From positions 11,845,129 through 11,909,128 of the forward strand of contig CM082576.2 in NCBI GenBank assembly GCA_040954595.2: a stretch of DNA of 64,000 bases, written 5' to 3'. This stretch comes from Balanoglossus misakiensis (taxonomy: Eukaryota > Animalia > Hemichordata). Position 1 is the stretch's first letter, and every line of letters starts with the position of its first letter. The notes below the pieces were generated by a model, which worked only from the letters and a program-made list of their open reading frames with translations, ran no database searches and was not told where the DNA came from. This document shows positions 58,935 to 64,000 of this stretch, in pieces. The position numbers and the translations under genes are program-made.

Positions 58935-60711
58935 ATGGCTGATACAAGCGTCAAAACTGGCCTAAAAACTCGGAAGGGCGCTAAATCAAAACTGTCGAAG
59001 CTCTTCCGCCGAAAGAAACGCCACAGTGAGTTCGGCTCAAGGGAGAACATCGTCGATCACATCGAAGACACGCAGAATGACGGGTCGTCGGTGGACCTCA
59101 CAGAAAATGGCGCCCGGTTCCAAAACAATGAGAAGAAGGGTCAAAGTCTGTTCAAATCGGCCGCAAAGCGCCGGAACAAAACGTCCGAGAAGAAGAAACA
59201 GGCTGGCAAACCGGCTACACCGAGTCAGGCTACGCCAGGAACGACGGACACACTTTCAACGGCGGACGCGAGTAACTCGCAACGTAAAGGCGGGGACGAG
59301 AGGAGCGGTGTGACGGAGGACAGATCGCGCACAAATTCACCGGTTGGTGCTGACCCCGCTGAGCCGGGAACAGTCACCGTGCACATTGAGATCATCGACA
59401 ACAACCAGGGGGAGAAGACAGACACGCCGCAATGTAATCGCCAGACCGGCGGAGTAGGTGCTGACGGAGACCACACAAACACGAAAAGTGGAAAATCGCG
59501 GGCATTTAAAAAGCTGAAAAGGAAACTTCACTTGTCAAACTACAAAGAACTGTCTGAAGAGACGATTTCCAATATCAAAATCCAGGGCAGCGACGAAGAA
59601 GGTTACGAAAACATCAAAAAGAAGAAACGACTCCAACAGGTGGGTAATGACATTTAACATGATTAAGACGTGGCGATCGACGGACATAATGAGCAACCAT
59701 TGTGGTTCATGGACAATAGACGTTTCCCTTTGAATTGTTTGGGTCATACACGGTTGCAAACTGGTCAACTTTGACCACATATGTATGAATAGACCGATGG
59801 CACGGTATTGATAATCATGGAGGTTGATGCAGTACCCGGATCTACCTCGACGGTAATCTTATAACCGAGGTCGTTCGTGCTTGTGGTAGCATTTGGTGGT
59901 CGAAAAAATGTGAGTCACATTCTAAGTTAGTTCTCAAATGATTATGGTACAATCTTACTAGTATCTGTGTCCCCATAGAAACAGCTTCAGCAAGACAATT
60001 GTCATTACTCACTTGACAATAAATCTGATAAATTTAACTCTTAGTCAGAACCTTTAAATTCCCATATACGGCTATATAATCTATCCACGGTGTTTATTTT
60101 TACGCCGTTTCGTGAGGCGTGAAGTCACTTTACTGATTAGCGCACCATATATAACAAGTGGAAACATTTTACTGGTTTGATCAATGCGAAATCTGTGCTT
60201 TGTCATTTTTGGTGCCCCATAAGTATGTAGACCTGAATGGGCAGTTCACGTGTAGCAACACGAGAGGCTCACTACGTGTTATGTCTTGACGTAACTGTTA
60301 AGTTTGAGGGTCGACCAGCAGCTCCTAGCTCCGTGTATGAACAAAGGAATAAGCCAATCACAGACAATCTTACTAAGGGTCAGTCGGAGTTGGTGGCCAG
60401 GTGTTTGGTTGGCTGGCAGACAGACAGGTGTAAGTCCAAACATAGACACTGGAAGATGTGGGGCATGTGGTCGACCATTTTGCGATCCAAATTAACATGT
60501 TCTCATTCTACCTTTTCTTTTCTAGACTGGCAAGACAGTTCGGCGAGCCCTTCGCACGGGATTGAAAAGTTTCGTGGACGGGTTTCAGAGTTTGTCGCCG
60601 ATGTCAACAGCAACATCCTACTGCGCCAACACGTATTACAGTACCGATGGAAAGAACTACAACCCTTACTTCACCAGAACCAGACCCAACGTTGTGAACC
60701 TTTTTACCTGA
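58935..60711 (+). CDS. Uncharacterised basic, largely disordered protein, ~296 aa; exons 58935-59639 and 60526-60711
   Basis: 235-codon exon (MADTSVKTGL...KKKKRLQQ|gtgggt) joins in phase 0 to ttttctag|TGKTVRRALRTGLKSFVDGFQSLSP...VVNLFT*. Good Kozak context (agaATGG). Confidence 0.7.
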
Positions 60712-63231
60712 ATTGAAACATGATTGAACATGGACAACTTTTTAGCGAACCTTTCGAGAGAGAGCAATGAGATACCACAGGGTCAAAGTTGTTTTCATGC
60801 AGACTTCGAAAAAAAATCCAGAGCTTCCGTCGTTTAATGTTTTAGACAAATTTCCCCCTTGGGACCATGTAACCGCAAGAGACAATCCTATAGCCTTGCT
60901 GTGGCCTGGAAGCGTAGAACACCAAATTTAAGCATAAGACTTCCCATGCTGAAAGTAAATTGACCGCGACCGAGGCTGAATGTTTGAGTTCGTGGACTTA
61001 TACGAGCTGAATTTGCTGAGGCTGAAATTTACCATAGACAGAGGCAGGTGTCGATTTTGTACATCCAGGTTTACTACTGTTCTTCCGCTTCTCTTACGTA
61101 CACTTCCCTGCGAAGGAAACTATTGCTGAAAAGAATGTTTGTAAAATTTGGCTGAATTCCGTCTGATTCATAAATTATGATGAAATTCAACGTTTTAGTC
61201 ATCAAATCTTTATATTTCTAGTGATGTATTTTAATTACAGAATTTTAAAACGACACAAAACTTCCAATGTTTAAAAAATTGTTTTTTACCAGTAGATGGG
61301 TTGGGGGTTGAGTTCAGTCTTCCAGGAATATTACAGTACATTAATGAGGCTAACGCTACATACCAGCCGACAGTAAGAGTATCTGAATTGAAGTACTTTT
61401 TTTAACTTTAAGGGGTATACATGTACCATTTAGTAATCGCACAGAATTTATTTTAAGTTGTGATAAAAACTGTCTACTTATAGGGCGTGCAGTGCACGCC
61501 GTATGCGTGGTATAGGCTTCTACGTGTATTAATATCACAGACCCGTATACCACACTCAGTATCACACGCACCGTGCACACGTGATCACAAACATTTTGCA
61601 TACCCGATAAACATTCGCAGAGACGTTGAGTAGTGTATTTGCTGACGTTTGCCAGTGTACTCTTTAAGAAATTGTAACTTTTTACATTCCGATTTTCTGT
61701 ATTTGGGGAAGAAAGATGTCTTCATTATAATCTACCGGGAATCTCAAGCGACGTCCCAAGCAGAATTTAAAAATACACATTCCAGGTCTCATTTGATTCT
61801 GCAGCTTCCAGATAGACAGTACGTGAAGAGGGTTCATGAAGACCCCAAGTGAAAGAGGGCAACCTTACGGTGGAGTTCTACACGAACAACAGAAGTGTCT
61901 CACATCTCGATTTAAAAACATATCCTATTTTCTCATGACTGACTACATGCTTACAGTGATTTCAACGATTTGTTACTATTCACATCTCAAGAATGATGTA
62001 CATTTTTTTACCGTTGATTATTAAACCGTAGACAGCATAAACTTGTGATTGTTGTCAGCTTCATCGTATACTTTGTTACGCTTGTTGTGGGTGAAGACGA
62101 GAAGCAGGAGGGCCTACAAGTTGTTTAATCAGGAAAATTCAACCAGGAAGGCTATGAGTGAGGCCTTACACCACCACGCATCATGACGCATGCGTTTAAC
62201 ATTTGCTGCAAGACGTTCGCAAAAAGTCGGTGAAAGGTAAAAAGGCATTGAATCTTCTTAGTCTTGGGTCGTATGCAGTTTTATAAGCGAACAAAGCGTC
62301 GATATTTAAATTTCGGTGCCGTTTTAGCAAGTCAGAGTGACCGTTATAAGGCATACAAATATGCTTGGTGCTGAGCTTTTCAAACAATGACACTTCAGCT
62401 ACTAATTTATTTGGTGCAAAGTTCTGTCTTCGAAATTCCAACCGGACAGCTTATGTCATTCACGCACCTGGCGTGCACCTGTTGACAAACTGATTTCATT
62501 AAGAAATTGATATTAAGCCGAGGTAAATTGGCGAGACCGCTCTATCAGGTCTGTTTTGTTCAGTACATCCAGCTGAAATATATAACACTGTCTGATCCTG
62601 TGTACCGAAGAGAGAGGGATGGAGAGAGAGACAGAGATCACAGTGTGGTCGCAGATGGCGCCCTCGTCAGAGTTGACCTGAATTATTCAAACATATGTGT
62701 TCCGGGCAGTCGCATTTTGCATCTCTCCCATCAGACGCAGAAGAAATTGCCGTTACAACGGCCTCAACTGTAGCCCGGGGGATATTTTTCCCTGCAGAGA
62801 AGACAGAACTTGTCCTGAATTTTGAAACAAACAGTTATTGTGATTGGTACGTGCCACCCGATAGCAACCAATGAGATCGACCCAAACGCACATTGTGAGG
62901 CTCCTTTGTTTCAAACAAAGGAAAGGGTCACATATCTGTGACATATAGGTTTCAAAATTTGCATAACAGTGAGCGTACGTTGGGTATTTTCTGTTGCGGA
63001 ACGGCTGTGGGAATGACTTTTAAATCCCCGTTGGTTGTCACCGAGAGAACACTTCCCCGTCTACCGCGTCGTGTACATACTTGTGACTGCAAGCGCGTAT
63101 CTGCGGTTAAAAATTAACGTGTATCCCAAGAACGAATTACGAATCCGGATAAAGGACTGTTCCTAAACCGGGGGTTGTTGCACTACTATATGTGATTACG
63201 CACCTGGAGTTTGAAGACAAATACCATCGTC

Positions 63232-64000
63232 ATGGTAAGTCAGATTGACGGATTCGACGAAGGTGGGGGAATGGACCCAAAGCACACACCGAAGAAGAGA
63301 GGGGGCTTCTTTCGCATTCTGCGGGCTTTCTCTGGGAAGAAGTCGTACAACCAGTTCGGTTCAGCGGGCGATATCAGTTCCCCGTCGAGCGGACACCGGG
63401 AAGAGAGACAAGTGGGGACTTTCTCGAACTCCGACGGTCGGAAAGAGGGCTTTCTTCGGCGCAGTTTTCGCCGGAGCAAACGCAAGAAGGGGCGCGAGCG
63501 GTTTCGTCCGCGATCGGAGATATTTTTACCGGGAGAGGAGCAGTTCTCGCCCGTGAAATTCGAACCCATAGCAAGCTATGGCATATCGACGTCTTCCAAC
63601 AGAGGACGGGGTCAGAGGCCCACAGGACAAGAGCCACTGTCCACAGTGGACAACAATTCTGGGCAAACGGTAGCTACTTTGCAGGAGAGGCGATCCGGCG
63701 ACGCGGATGTAGACCTAATCGGCAATATTACGAGCGAAGCTGACGTCGCCTGTTCCGACGGGGAGACTCCGACAGAAGAAGCGTTGCGTCAAAATGGCGA
63801 CCTGACCCAAATACAAACAGAAATAGAAGCCCATTCAAACATAAGTGAGATGTTACGGATTGCCGAGAGCTACATTGAAATCAAAGAGAACAAGGCAAGC
63901 GAAGCCAACGCGCAAGAACGGACCGGTCCGGTGCCGAAATCCCACATCGTGTCAAAAGTGGGACGGAGATTGTCGTACCGAAAGGGCGTCGTGACGGGCT
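63232..64000 (+). CDS. Uncharacterised protein, 3'-partial (256 open codons to window edge)
   Basis: MVSQIDGFDEGGGMDPKHTPKKRGGFFRILRAFSGKKSY...GRRLSYRKGVVTG with no stop; missing from the supplied ORF track because it runs off the window. Confidence 0.7.
   Translation, partial: MVSQIDGFDEGGGMDPKHTPKKRGGFFRILRAFSGKKSYNQFGSAGDISSPSSGHREERQVGTFSNSDGRKEGFLRRSFRRSKRKKGRERFRPRSEIFLPGEEQFSPVKFEPIASYGISTSSNRGRGQRPTGQEPLSTVDNNSGQTVATLQERRSGDADVDLIGNITSEADVACSDGETPTEEALRQNGDLTQIQTEIEAHSNISEMLRIAESYIEIKENKASEANAQERTGPVPKSHIVSKVGRRLSYRKGVVTG

Noticed and set aside
60237-60716. 159-aa ORF
   Set aside because: Overlaps the terminal exon 60526-60711, which is read in a different frame.

Overview
Intron-rich animal genomic DNA, probably from a marine invertebrate (taxon inferred, not determined). 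Six protein-coding loci were reconstructed by hand from GT-AG exons: a 5'-truncated Shisa-like membrane protein (+), TATDN3 (+), a 34-exon HEATR5B (-, ~2063 aa), ZFPL1 (+, head-to-head with HEATR5B), an uncharacterised two-exon ~296-aa gene (+), and an ORF running off the right edge (+). Several small MITEs are present. The most unusual feature is a family of non-coding mobile-like elements (two copies tail-to-tail at 5302-5936, one diverged copy at 36238-36806). They have no conventional TIR/TSD. Each starts with a ~140-nt hairpin whose mismatches are almost all G-A (favoured on one DNA strand only) and carries an internal segment complementary to both termini. This suggests a folded single-stranded DNA intermediate; the mobilising enzyme is not encoded in this window. 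No CRISPR arrays, tRNAs or rRNAs were seen.
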